Positions 48,318 through 57,601 of a stretch of DNA of 64,000 bases are shown here, in pieces. The notes under the pieces are model-generated. The model worked only from the letters and a program-made list of their open reading frames with translations, was not told the DNA's origin and made no database searches. A program made the position numbers and the translations under genes. The stretch comes from an uncultured Candidatus Saccharibacteria bacterium (GTDB lineage: Bacteria; Patescibacteriota; Saccharimonadia; Saccharimonadales; Saccharimonadaceae): NCBI GenBank assembly GCA_964602775.1, contig CAZRRY010000001.1:75585-139584 (forward strand). The letters run 5' to 3'. Positions within the stretch are counted from its first letter, which is position 1, and the number at the start of each line of letters is the position of its first letter.

Positions 48318-48929
48318 GTGGAAGCTAGTTTTCTCGATCGTAACCCGAAAATCAAAGATGCGCTCAGTTTTGGCGCGTTTATTGGTATAGTGCTGCTTGG
48401 CACTATTCTCATCAATACCTTTATCTTCCGCAGTTTCTCAGTTTCTGGACACAGCATGGACAATACGCTCGCCGACGGAGACCGGTTGATCGTCAATCGT
48501 CTCCCTATCACAGCTGCTCAGCTAAAAAATCAGTCCTATACACCTGCACGCGGGCAGATTATCGTTTTCAAAAATCCACTCTACAAGGAAGGTGCTCCCG
48601 ACGAGTACATCGTCAAACGTGTGATTGCGTTTCCTGGCGAACGAGTCACGATCAAAAACGGCGTACTCACCGTATACAACACCGAGCATCCAGGTGGGTT
48701 TGTGCCAGATGACGAATACCGTAAAAACGGCAAGGGGCCTCAATCACCAAGCAGCGGCGAGGGGCTCGATGCCACCGTGCCAGATGGTACCATCTTTGTA
48801 TGCGGCGACAATCGTATCGGTGGCCACTCCAACGATTCACGCAGTGGTCTCGGGATGATTCCTACGTTTGACGTGATTGGTCCAGTTTCACTTCGTATTT
48901 GGCCGATTACAAGCCTTAGCGGCTTTTAG
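48318..48929 (+). CDS. lepB: Signal peptidase I
   Basis: GHSM (Ser), IVKRVI (Lys), GDNR..SNDSR. Confidence 0.94.
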   Translation: MEASFLDRNPKIKDALSFGAFIGIVLLGTILINTFIFRSFSVSGHSMDNTLADGDRLIVNRLPITAAQLKNQSYTPARGQIIVFKNPLYKEGAPDEYIVKRVIAFPGERVTIKNGVLTVYNTEHPGGFVPDDEYRKNGKGPQSPSSGEGLDATVPDGTIFVCGDNRIGGHSNDSRSGLGMIPTFDVIGPVSLRIWPITSLSGF

Positions 48930-48934
48930 TTTGC

Positions 48935-49834
48935 TTATCTCTCAAGTAGTTTGCTGATGCGAGCTAGTTCTTGCGCGCTTTTAAAGCGAATCACGATCTG
49001 ACCAGCGCCTTTTTCGTTTGCTTTGACAGCCACCGGTGTGCCAAAACGTTTGACGAGCCGCTCGGCTGTCTGCTGATACCCTACCTGCGCTTTTGTGGGA
49101 GCCGCACCGCCTGATATATAGCGTTTATTGCCTGCTCGTATCTGCGAAACATGCTGCTCAATCATGCGAGCACTCCAGTCCTCTTTCAAAATACGAGGTA
49201 GTAGTATTTCGATAGTTTTCGGATCAAGCCCGATCAAGGGACGAGCCTGCCCTTCCCGTAGCTTCCCGTCGACGATTGCCGTGCGCACACTTGGCGGCAG
49301 GCGCAGTAAACGTAGCGTATTGCTAATCGCCGCAACTGATTTGCCGCCAACGCGATGCCCGATTTGGTCGAGCGTGAGATTGAACTGATCGCGAAGTTTC
49401 AGGTACGCCGTAGCTGTCTCGAGCGGGTTGAGGTCTTTGCGTTGGAGGTTTTCGATGAGTGACAGCTCGAGCTTGTGCTGATTGGTCAGGGTACGCACAA
49501 GCGCTGGGATTTTGTCGAGCCCGACTCGCTCGGCAGCCCGAAAGCGTCGTTCACCTGCCACGATCATGTAGCCCTGTCCGTGCGGGGTCACAACAATTGG
49601 CTGCAGTAATCCGTGCGCGCGAATCGACTCAGCAAGTTCATCGAGCGCAACATCATCAAACACACGACGAGGCTGGTCCGGATCGGCGACAATTTCCGTC
49701 AGTTTGATGTGCCTCAAGTCACTCACATGCTCGTCTTGTTCGGCAGTGGGGTCAAACGACTCGTCGAGCACATCAGTAGGAATCAGCGAGGCAAACCCAC
49801 GCCCTAGTGCAGATTTTTTAGCCGACACGTTCAA
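48935..49834 (-). CDS. parB: Chromosome partitioning protein ParB
   Basis: ALGRG, QPRR, IVAGERRFRA, ENLQRKDLNP. Confidence 0.95.
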   Translation of the reverse strand: MNVSAKKSALGRGFASLIPTDVLDESFDPTAEQDEHVSDLRHIKLTEIVADPDQPRRVFDDVALDELAESIRAHGLLQPIVVTPHGQGYMIVAGERRFRAAERVGLDKIPALVRTLTNQHKLELSLIENLQRKDLNPLETATAYLKLRDQFNLTLDQIGHRVGGKSVAAISNTLRLLRLPPSVRTAIVDGKLREGQARPLIGLDPKTIEILLPRILKEDWSARMIEQHVSQIRAGNKRYISGGAAPTKAQVGYQQTAERLVKRFGTPVAVKANEKGAGQIVIRFKSAQELARISKLLER

Positions 49835-50582
49835 TCACCTCCTTTGTTACTGCTTTGTATGCCCTCGCGCCTTTACTCCATCTGTCATAGGCGCCTATTG
49901 GCACGCCGTGACTCGGCGCTTCTGCCAGCCGGACATTGCGTGGAATCGTCGTTTTGAAGACCTTGGCTGGGAAATGCTTGGCAATCTCAGCCAAGACCTG
50001 ACCAGAAAGCGAGGTGCGGCTATCGACCATCGTTGGGAGCACTCCAATCAAATCGAGCGTCGGGTTGAGGTTTTTGCGGATCAATTTCATCGTTTCGAGC
50101 AGTTGCCCTAAGCCTTCAAGGGCATAGAACTCCGCCTGCACGGGCAGCAGCACGTATCGAGCCGCTATCAGGCCATTGACAGTCAGGAGACTAAGGCTCG
50201 GTGGGCAATCAATAATAATAAACTCGTATGACTCTTGTACGGATTGGAGTGCGGTTTTGAGCCGGCTAAAACGGTGCTCTGCCTGAGCTAGCTCAATTTC
50301 GGTATTGGCAAGTGTTGGTGTTGCTGGCGCCAAAAACAACTGCTTATGATTGGTAGAACGCACAATATGCTCAAGAGCGACGCTGCGCATAATCACATCT
50401 GCCATCGTGGCCTCGAGCTGAGTTTTATCGACACCAAGCCCGCTTGTTGCATTACCTTGTGGGTCAAAATCAATCAACAGCGTCGAATGGCCCATTTTTG
50501 CCAAATAATACGCCACATTGATAGAAGTAGTCGTCTTGCCTACTCCGCCTTTTTGATTTGTGACTGCAATAATTGTTGACAC
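49818..50582 (-). CDS. parA: Chromosome partitioning ATPase ParA/Soj
   Basis: NQKGGVGKTT, DCPPSL, IPRNVRLAEAPSHG. Confidence 0.96.
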   Translation of the reverse strand: MSTIIAVTNQKGGVGKTTTSINVAYYLAKMGHSTLLIDFDPQGNATSGLGVDKTQLEATMADVIMRSVALEHIVRSTNHKQLFLAPATPTLANTEIELAQAEHRFSRLKTALQSVQESYEFIIIDCPPSLSLLTVNGLIAARYVLLPVQAEFYALEGLGQLLETMKLIRKNLNPTLDLIGVLPTMVDSRTSLSGQVLAEIAKHFPAKVFKTTIPRNVRLAEAPSHGVPIGAYDRWSKGARAYKAVTKEVIERVG

Positions 50583-50669
50583 GTGGTTTGTTTCCCTCTT
50601 TTGTTCAGAACTTATTATACCACGAGCGGTTCACGACGAAGAGACAATAGCCCAACAACCTTAGACAAC

Positions 50670-50699
50670 AAAATAGCGCCCCGTGCTGGAGCGCTATTT
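50670..50699 (-). terminator. Terminator after rplU
   Basis: AAATAGCGC...GCGCTATTT hairpin. Confidence 0.75.
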
Positions 50700-50700
50700 G

Positions 50701-51006
50701 CTATTTGATACTCGTGATTTCGAGTTTTGAGTATTTCTGGCGGTGGCCAGTTTGGGTGTTGACGCGCTTTTTGCTCTTGTAGCGAATCACGCGGATTTTG
50801 TCGCCAGCGACACGTTCGTCGATGACCTTAGCTTTTACTTTCACACCCTTGACTAGTGGCGCGCCGACCGTGGTCTTGCCGCCATCTATTACGAGAAGTG
50901 CGTCGAGATCGAGCTCTTTTGTGCCTTCAGGGAGGAGGTCCACCATGAGGGTCTCTTTTTCGCTGACAAGATATTGCTTGCCACCGACTTTCACGACTGC
51001 TTTCAT
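50701..51006 (-). CDS. rplU: 50S ribosomal protein L21
   Basis: GGKQYLV, GHRQKYS. Confidence 0.97.
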   Translation of the reverse strand: MKAVVKVGGKQYLVSEKETLMVDLLPEGTKELDLDALLVIDGGKTTVGAPLVKGVKVKAKVIDERVAGDKIRVIRYKSKKRVNTQTGHRQKYSKLEITSIK

Positions 51007-51065
51007 AACTATTCCTTTAGAATTATTGATTCAGATACTGATTGTAACAGAGATAGCTCGTTTTT

Positions 51066-51881
51066 TCAAGCACTTCCCAGCACAACATTATTGGCGTGCA
51101 GCCAGCCTTCGGTGGTCCCGCCATCGAGGTATTCACCCACTGCCGCTACGACTTTCACCTTGCCTCCTGCAGCTACATGATCATTAATTGCATCTGGGAG
51201 CTGGTATTCACCGTTGTGAGCTGGTGGCAAATGGGCCGCACGATCAATCACCTCTTTTGTCAGAATATATTTACTGATGTTGATTAAGTTACTCGGGGCA
51301 TCTTCTGGCGCTGGTTGATCGACAATACGTATATAGTTCTGGTTGTCGTCCTGTTCGACAACACCGTATCTACCTACTTGTTCTTGTGAGATTCGTGCAG
51401 CCAGTAAGCCACACTGACCCGGCGGCGTTGCATCAATCAATCGTCGCACTTCACTCGAACCATCAGCATTATAGATAAAATCATCGCCCATGAGCACAAC
51501 TACAGACTCGCCCTCTTCAACAAAATCCGCAGCCAGTTCTACCGGTACTGCTGTGCCATATTTGCCATAACTCGGCTGCGTGATGAAATGCAGGGTTACA
51601 CCCTGTAACGGAGAGACAAGTGGAAGCATCTCTGCTTTGCCGTTACGTTTTAGGTAGTCGTTCAGCTTGATATTGCTACGATAATAGTCTTGTAACTGGT
51701 CGCTGTCTTCGCCCACGACAAAGATCAGCTCAGTAATACCCGCGGCTAGGCAGTCCTGCACAACATAGTCGACGAGCGGCCTGTTGCCAATGGGTAGCAT
51801 GCATTTTTCGATTGTTTTCGTAATAGGAAGGCGCCTAGTTCCCCAGCCAGCCACTGGTATGATTGCTTTTGTGATCGTCAT
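51066..51881 (-). CDS. galU: UTP--glucose-1-phosphate uridylyltransferase-like sugar nucleotidyltransferase
   Basis: KAIIPVAGWGTRRLPITK..KCMLP, EYQLPDAI. Confidence 0.75.
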   Translation of the reverse strand: MTITKAIIPVAGWGTRRLPITKTIEKCMLPIGNRPLVDYVVQDCLAAGITELIFVVGEDSDQLQDYYRSNIKLNDYLKRNGKAEMLPLVSPLQGVTLHFITQPSYGKYGTAVPVELAADFVEEGESVVVLMGDDFIYNADGSSEVRRLIDATPPGQCGLLAARISQEQVGRYGVVEQDDNQNYIRIVDQPAPEDAPSNLINISKYILTKEVIDRAAHLPPAHNGEYQLPDAINDHVAAGGKVKVVAAVGEYLDGGTTEGWLHANNVVLGSA

Positions 51882-51896
51882 ACTTCCCAGTATGAA

Positions 51897-52139
51897 CTAC
51901 TCGTTGGCAAAATCAAACCACGTTGGGTCTTTTTTGAGATCTTCTTCGACGCCATTCCAAAACGTATCAAGCGCTTGAACATTTGGTACATCTTCAAGAA
52001 CCAGTGTGTCTTCTTCGTGATCTGTCGCAAGCGACTGCAAAATCTCGTCATCGTCATCGACAACAGGACTGAGCTGCAGCGTGCGCAGTGAAGGCATATG
52101 CGGGAGGTGGAAGTGGTGGGAAGATTTGAGGTGAAGCAT
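51897..52139 (-). CDS. Small acidic hypothetical protein with His-rich N-terminus
   Basis: 80-aa ORF between ileS and the galU-like gene with an upstream TTGACT promoter. Confidence 0.6.
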   Translation of the reverse strand: MLHLKSSHHFHLPHMPSLRTLQLSPVVDDDDEILQSLATDHEEDTLVLEDVPNVQALDTFWNGVEEDLKKDPTWFDFANE

Positions 52140-52246
52140 TGGTGTTTGTTTCGTTTTCTTTCATATTTATATAAGCACAAACTGTATAGAAAGTCAAGCT
52201 CATCTCGCTGCACCTCATGGTGAACTATTGCTGGTCACAAGAAAAA

Positions 52247-55200
52247 CTATGTTTCGCTCTTTTTGAGGGCAATCGACAGCGCTTTGCCATCGACATGTAC
52301 TTGCTCGGTATGTCCCTCACTGACATCCCCAAGTGACTTTGCAAGCGTCTCTGATTTAATGATCTTAGCGTGCTCGTCGATCGCAGTTTGCAAGTCTTTG
52401 TCGTCGGTCTTCAACTGCAGTTCGATCCGATCATCGACATTGAGCCCAGCTTGCTTGCGGGCAGCCTGCACGTGACGGATCACCTCGCGCATGAAACCTT
52501 CGCGTTGCAGCTTAGGAGTAATTGTGGTATCAAGTTGAACTTCAAGATTTTGTTGCTTATCTTGTGGACCACGCACAGTAGCGCGTAATTCTTTCACGTT
52601 TAGCTCTTCTGTGATAATCGGTTCATAGAACCTTTCTTTTGCGTCGACTTTGCGTTCTGCTTCAAGCACTGAAAGCAATGCCGGCACCGGATTGTAGAGA
52701 GTTGCTTTTTGGAGTGGTTGTCGTACTTTTATGCCCTCTTTCGCACGAAGGCTCAACCCGTCATTTACTACTTTCCTTACCCCTTCCATGCGAGCAACAA
52801 CAAGCTCATCAATATTGCCAGCCGGCAGCCAGTCCTTGAGGTGGATTGATTCTTTGTCGCCAGTCAAATTGTGATACAACTCTTCAGCCAAAAACGGCGT
52901 AAACGGTGCGAGCACATAGGCCAGCCGCACCAGCACGTAGTGGAGCGTGCGATAGGCGTCGTTTTTGTCAGCGTCGTCTTCGGAGCCTTCGGCACCTTTT
53001 GATGATCTCCAGAACCGTCGGCGTGAGCGCCGCACGTACCAGTTGCTGGCGTCGTCGAGAAACGGCAAGATCGGGCTCATCGCGTCTGGCAGATTGTAGC
53101 CGTCCATATGCTTTTCAACTTCCGCGACAAGTTGGTGCAAGCGACTAATGATCCAGATATCGAGCGGGTTGCTGCAATCTGCCAAAGGGTCAGCAAGCTG
53201 TCCGTCGTACTCCCAGCCATCAACTTCGGCATACATCGTAAAGAAATCGTACATATTCCAGATCATGCTCAGTTTGCGCGCTACGTCACCAACCTCTTTG
53301 TCTTGGAGCGAGAAGTCTTCGCCGCTCAGCAGTGGACTCGAGAGCAGCAAGTAGCGCAAACTATCGGCACTAAATTTGTCCATGAGTTCATTGGGGTCGG
53401 TGTAGTTACCATAGCTTTTACTCATTTTGCGACCATCATTGCCTGCGACGTTACCGGTCACGATGACGTTTTTAAACGCATGCGTGCCAAACAGCGCCAC
53501 GTTGACAGCATGCACATAGTAAAACCACGCACGCACCTGTCCGACGTACTCGACGATAAAATCACCCGGGAAATTCGACTCAAATTTAGCTTTGTTTTCA
53601 AACGGATAGTGAAACTGTGCGAACGGCATAGAACCGCTCTCAAACCAACAGTCGATGACTTTGTCGATGCGCGTATACATTTCGCCGTCGATTGCAAACG
53701 TGACGTCGTCGACCCACGGTCGGTGGTAATCCTCAAGTTCGACTCCTGAGAGTTCTTTGAGCTCAGCGTAACTACCGATGACTTTTATCTTGCCCGACTC
53801 GCTTTTCCAGACCGGCATGGCTGTGGCCCAAAATCGGTCACGGCTGAGGTTCCAGTCTGGTGCTGATTCAATCGTCTTGGCGAATCGACCATTTTTGACA
53901 TGTGGTGGAAACCAGTTGATCGGGCCGTTTTCTTCGAGCATCTGCTCGCGCTGGCCAGCGACATCCATAAACCAGCTCGGGTGGGCGCGGTACATCAGCT
54001 TGGTGCCACAGCGGTGACAATGCGGGTAACTGTGGCGAATATAGTCGATTTTCCAGACAATCCCCCGCTCTTTGAGGTCTTTGGCAATCTGTTTATTGGT
54101 TTCCCAAACATTCTGCCCCGTCCAATCACCTTCGGTGAAATTACCATTCTCGTCGATGGTATGCACAACAGGTATGCCTTTTTGCTGCGCTAGCACAAAG
54201 TCTTCCTCACCGTACGCTGGTGCCAGGTGCACGATGCCCGTACCGTCCTCGGCACTCACATAGTCTGCCGCCCATACTTTATGCGCACCCTCACCACGGT
54301 AGCCAAAGAGAGGTTCATATCTTAGGTCTACGAGCTCTGCACCCTTCATCTCCCGCAGAATTTCATACTGGAGGGGCTTATGTTTTTCGTCTTGCAACAC
54401 CTTCTCTACTAATTCTTTAGCAAGAATAAACTGATCGCTACCAACCTTCACCTCAACATAATCGAGCTTCGCGTTAACTGCCAGAGCAGTATTAGCAGGT
54501 AATGTCCACGGCGTTGTCGTCCACGCCAGTAAATACACCGGCTTAGCATCTGGCTTATTGACAAAATTCATTGGGAGGAAACCTATTTCTTTCAGAAGAC
54601 GTGCCGTCGTCGGCGAAAACTCCTCAAGTAAAAGCTCCTCTTTTGTATACCAACGAGCATGCTCGAGATCATCCTCGCAGAAAATTTTTACATCGACTGC
54701 TTTTTGAGCAAGCTGTATGGAATAATTATGAAACTCCATCTCTACAAATACTTCCTCACCTGTCTCGTGCAACGTCTTCTCGCTTGAACCATTCATCACA
54801 AGGTTGATCTTTTGCACTTTAGCAGATGTAATATCAATACCAACCTCTTCAAGCACTTCTTTGTGAAGAGCGCTTTCTTTCGTCTCACCTTCCTCAACAC
54901 CACCAGCAGGGGCTACTAAACATCCCTCAAAAACCCCACCTTTGCAATTATTACCAAGTAAGATCTTACCATCATCAGAGATGATATTACCGCCAACTAT
55001 TGTGCGCTTGATCACTCGTAATTTTTTACTATTCGGCTGCTTTTCTTCGATCTTAAACTTCACAAACACACTCGGATCAGTTACATCCTGATACGCCCCA
55101 GCGTCCATTGTCACCTCGGCTTTACTTAGTGGTGTGGCATCGAGCGTACAATACATCAGGACTTTTTCACCCTCGTAAATTTTGCCGGCATCATAGAGCG

Positions 55201-55693
55201 TCTTAAATGCCCACCAGACGCTTTCCATGTATTCTTTGTCCATAGTTTTGTAGGCATTGTCCATGTCTACCCAGCGGCCGATGCGTGCCACGACATCATT
55301 CCATTCACTACTCGTCTGCACCATATTGTTGCGGCACGCGATGATGTATTTTTCGATACCATAGTCGAGCACTTCTTCGCGGCTATTGATACCGAGTTTT
55401 TTCTCTGTAAATCGCTCTGCTGGCAGTCCGTGACAGTCCCAGCCCCATACGCGCTCAACGCGCTTGCCTTTCATCGTTTGATAGCGAGGAATTGCGTCCT
55501 TGACGATGCTGCTGAGCAAGGTTCCGTGGTGAGGGTTGCCAGAAATAAACGGCGGCCCGTCATAAAACACATATGAATTATCTTTCGGGCGGTTTTCGAC
55601 TGATTTTTCAAACGTCTTGTCGGCCTTCCACCGCTGCACCCAATCTTTTTCATACTCTAGCGCCCGCCGACGTGTACCAGATTTAAATTTCAT
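52247..55693 (-). CDS. ileS: Isoleucine--tRNA ligase type 2 with an inserted Nudix domain
   Basis: YDGPPF, GWDCHGLP, WTTTPWTLP, DQ/GQVRAWFY, KMSKS, type-2 C-terminus (REVIRHVQ..RK). Confidence 0.97.
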   Translation of the reverse strand: MKFKSGTRRRALEYEKDWVQRWKADKTFEKSVENRPKDNSYVFYDGPPFISGNPHHGTLLSSIVKDAIPRYQTMKGKRVERVWGWDCHGLPAERFTEKKLGINSREEVLDYGIEKYIIACRNNMVQTSSEWNDVVARIGRWVDMDNAYKTMDKEYMESVWWAFKTLYDAGKIYEGEKVLMYCTLDATPLSKAEVTMDAGAYQDVTDPSVFVKFKIEEKQPNSKKLRVIKRTIVGGNIISDDGKILLGNNCKGGVFEGCLVAPAGGVEEGETKESALHKEVLEEVGIDITSAKVQKINLVMNGSSEKTLHETGEEVFVEMEFHNYSIQLAQKAVDVKIFCEDDLEHARWYTKEELLLEEFSPTTARLLKEIGFLPMNFVNKPDAKPVYLLAWTTTPWTLPANTALAVNAKLDYVEVKVGSDQFILAKELVEKVLQDEKHKPLQYEILREMKGAELVDLRYEPLFGYRGEGAHKVWAADYVSAEDGTGIVHLAPAYGEEDFVLAQQKGIPVVHTIDENGNFTEGDWTGQNVWETNKQIAKDLKERGIVWKIDYIRHSYPHCHRCGTKLMYRAHPSWFMDVAGQREQMLEENGPINWFPPHVKNGRFAKTIESAPDWNLSRDRFWATAMPVWKSESGKIKVIGSYAELKELSGVELEDYHRPWVDDVTFAIDGEMYTRIDKVIDCWFESGSMPFAQFHYPFENKAKFESNFPGDFIVEYVGQVRAWFYYVHAVNVALFGTHAFKNVIVTGNVAGNDGRKMSKSYGNYTDPNELMDKFSADSLRYLLLSSPLLSGEDFSLQDKEVGDVARKLSMIWNMYDFFTMYAEVDGWEYDGQLADPLADCSNPLDIWIISRLHQLVAEVEKHMDGYNLPDAMSPILPFLDDASNWYVRRSRRRFWRSSKGAEGSEDDADKNDAYRTLHYVLVRLAYVLAPFTPFLAEELYHNLTGDKESIHLKDWLPAGNIDELVVARMEGVRKVVNDGLSLRAKEGIKVRQPLQKATLYNPVPALLSVLEAERKVDAKERFYEPIITEELNVKELRATVRGPQDKQQNLEVQLDTTITPKLQREGFMREVIRHVQAARKQAGLNVDDRIELQLKTDDKDLQTAIDEHAKIIKSETLAKSLGDVSEGHTEQVHVDGKALSIALKKSET
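54540..55050 (-). other. In-frame Nudix hydrolase domain inside IleRS (about aa 215-385)
   Basis: GGVEEGETKESALHKEVLEEVGI fits the Nudix box with Arg replaced by Lys; visibly AT-richer than its flanks. Confidence 0.85.
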
Positions 55694-55743
55694 AGTTCCT
55701 CCTTGCTTGATTTTTCTTTAGAATAGCGATATAATGAAGGTAT

Positions 55744-55792
55744 AGAAAACCTAGCCAGTGTTGGATTACACAGACTAGGTTTTCTCTTTTTT
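55744..55792. terminator. Bidirectional terminator-like hairpin between the nuclease gene and ileS
   Basis: AGAAAACCTAG...CTAGGTTTTCT plus a T-tract. Confidence 0.7.
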
Positions 55793-55805
55793 ATACGTGT
55801 TTTCA

Positions 55806-56186
55806 TCATTTTATCCGAACCACCTTCCCTGTTTTTTCGATCAACAGTACTTGTTTTGTGCTCTTCGCTAAGCTTGCTTGATAAGCCACTTCTCGACGCA
55901 CACGAGCAATATGAATCTTAATTCGACGCGCATCGATAATGACGTTGTGCGACTGCTTCGCGGCTCGCTGGAACTGCCTCTGAATCGTGTATTTACTTCC
56001 GCCAACAGGACTTTTGATCTCCCATTTTTCACCACTAACTTCAATATCAGGCGTACTCATAGAAGCGACTGGCAAAAATTGAATATCGGCCTGAAAAAAC
56101 TCTAGCAACAGACTGGCGGCACTCAGCTCAAATCGCGCAGGCACAGGATGGACGGCTTGCGGTATGATAACTCGGTATTTTTTCAT
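55806..56186 (-). CDS. Stand-alone CdiA-C-like PD-(D/E)xK endonuclease
   Basis: TPDIEVSGEKWEIKSP, AAKQSHNVIIDARR resembles the CdiA_C tRNase family (recalled). Confidence 0.65.
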   Translation of the reverse strand: MKKYRVIIPQAVHPVPARFELSAASLLLEFFQADIQFLPVASMSTPDIEVSGEKWEIKSPVGGSKYTIQRQFQRAAKQSHNVIIDARRIKIHIARVRREVAYQASLAKSTKQVLLIEKTGKVVRIK

Positions 56187-56241
56187 AGCAGTCCCACAAC
56201 CTCACGCTCCGACGCAAGGCAGCTTAAATATAACTTACATT

Positions 56242-56751
56242 TCATAATATCTCCACAATCTTTTGTAATGTTTCCTCTGGCGATAAATGCGTCGAGTCAA
56301 TAACGTGTGCGAGAGAAGTTTGCATTAAGAGGCTAGTGTAATGGTATGTTATGCGATTGATTTCCCATTCATTTAATTCGGGTCTGCTCGCCGAACCAGC
56401 TAAGACCTTTTCCATGCTCGGCTTCAGCAAAAACCACTTCGCTTCAAACGTGACGCCCTCGAGCGCCTTCGTAATTTGCTCGCGCACTGTATCAGTAAAT
56501 GGATAGTCTACTATCACGTCCAGCCCATCTTTGAGAGGATGTTCAATGAACTCAATGATACGCTCGTGAACCTCTGGTAACATGTCGTCCATGGTGGCGT
56601 CTTTTGGATAATTCTTGCTAACCCACGACGAGATCAAATCACCATCGACATACATGGCATTTGGCATTTGAGCAGCAAGCATCCTAGAAATTGTCGTTTT
56701 GCCCGAGTGTACTGAGCCACTGATAGAAATCAGCCTTGGCATAAAACTCAT
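56242..56751 (-). CDS. P-loop (AAA_33-like) small-molecule kinase
   Basis: ISGSVHSGKTT, YVDGD, VIVDY, IDST. Confidence 0.8.
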   Translation of the reverse strand: MSFMPRLISISGSVHSGKTTISRMLAAQMPNAMYVDGDLISSWVSKNYPKDATMDDMLPEVHERIIEFIEHPLKDGLDVIVDYPFTDTVREQITKALEGVTFEAKWFLLKPSMEKVLAGSASRPELNEWEINRITYHYTSLLMQTSLAHVIDSTHLSPEETLQKIVEIL

Positions 56752-57305
56752 TGCTTATCTCCTTTTCGCACCATCGTTATCTCCGGAAGCATGTTATCAT
56801 GCAGCCTTTCAGAGCCCTTTACAGGCTCAAAGCCCCATTTTTTGTAGAACGCTATCGCCCGTTCATTATACGCAACCACTTCTAGTTGTATTGGCTTCGT
56901 TGGGTCAAAAAAATCGATCACTTTCTGCATCAGCTGACCACCAACTACTTTGCCGTGCCATACTTTGTCGACATACAGTGAGCCAACATGCTGCACGCCA
57001 TCTTCGTCTGCAAATGGTGACGTGACGCCTATGACATGTCCTTCGCTGTCTTTTGCCACCCAAGCTGCAAAACGAGGGTCTTCGAGAGTAGCCAACCGTG
57101 CATCAACTCGCTCGGGCTCATTGAAACGTTTTGTGCGTTCATGCACCCATTCATGCGACACGCCGGCTGCTAGGTTCGGGTAGGTATCGAGCCACGATTG
57201 TGCACGCATCTCATTTGCCGCCACAAGATCATCTCGGGACAGAAGTCGCTCTATGACAAACTGCCTTTCAGTATACTGCTCGCTGTTTGATTGCTGCTCG
57301 CTCAT
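56748..57305 (-). CDS. GNAT family N-acetyltransferase
   Basis: LYVDKVWHGKVVGGQLM motif A, VVAYNERAIAFYKKWGF. Confidence 0.88.
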   Translation of the reverse strand: MSEQQSNSEQYTERQFVIERLLSRDDLVAANEMRAQSWLDTYPNLAAGVSHEWVHERTKRFNEPERVDARLATLEDPRFAAWVAKDSEGHVIGVTSPFADEDGVQHVGSLYVDKVWHGKVVGGQLMQKVIDFFDPTKPIQLEVVAYNERAIAFYKKWGFEPVKGSERLHDNMLPEITMVRKGDKQ

Positions 57306-57345
57306 AGAATCCCTTTAGATACATTAAAAAACACCTATTTTGACT

Positions 57346-57515
57346 ACGAGAATCCGATCGCTCGGACGGTACCATCTCGTTTCCAAAAGAAGTGTTCTTT
57401 TAGCGCTTAATCTGCTCACTTTGTCGCAGTGAATCACGGCGGGTTCTAGTTTCTTTCATAGATTTCTTCCCGCTGACGTATATCTCTATTTGCAGCTGAT
57501 AACCACTCAAACGTC
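57346..57515 (-). ncRNA. T-box riboswitch, Ile (AUC) specifier, ultrashort stem I type
   Basis: Short stem I with ATCA in the loop (57498-57500); stem II GCGGGAAGAA...TAGAACCCGC; antiterminator ACGAGA-TGGTACC-GTCCGA-gcga-TCGGA-TTCTCGT; TGC-TATAAT promoter at 57524-57529. Confidence 0.85.
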
Positions 57516-57531
57516 TTGACGTTATTATAGC

Positions 57532-57563
57532 AAAAAGGCAGAGTTTTTCCACCCCTGCCTTTT
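57532..57563 (-). terminator. Terminator after the DoxX gene
   Basis: AAAAGGCAG...CTGCCTTTTT. Confidence 0.75.
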
Positions 57564-57593
57564 CTTAGAGCTCAGAACTTAGATCTTAGAACT
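57563..57593. repeat. Solo heptamer array of the same family as the four-helix flanks
   Basis: Minus strand: AGTTCTA AGATCTA AGTTCTG AGCTCTA AGA. Confidence 0.75.
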
Positions 57594-57601
57594 TTCCGGA
57601 A

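Noticed and set aside
48935-50700. parS sites next to parAB
   Set aside because: No match to the TGTTTCACGTGAAACA-type palindrome found by eye
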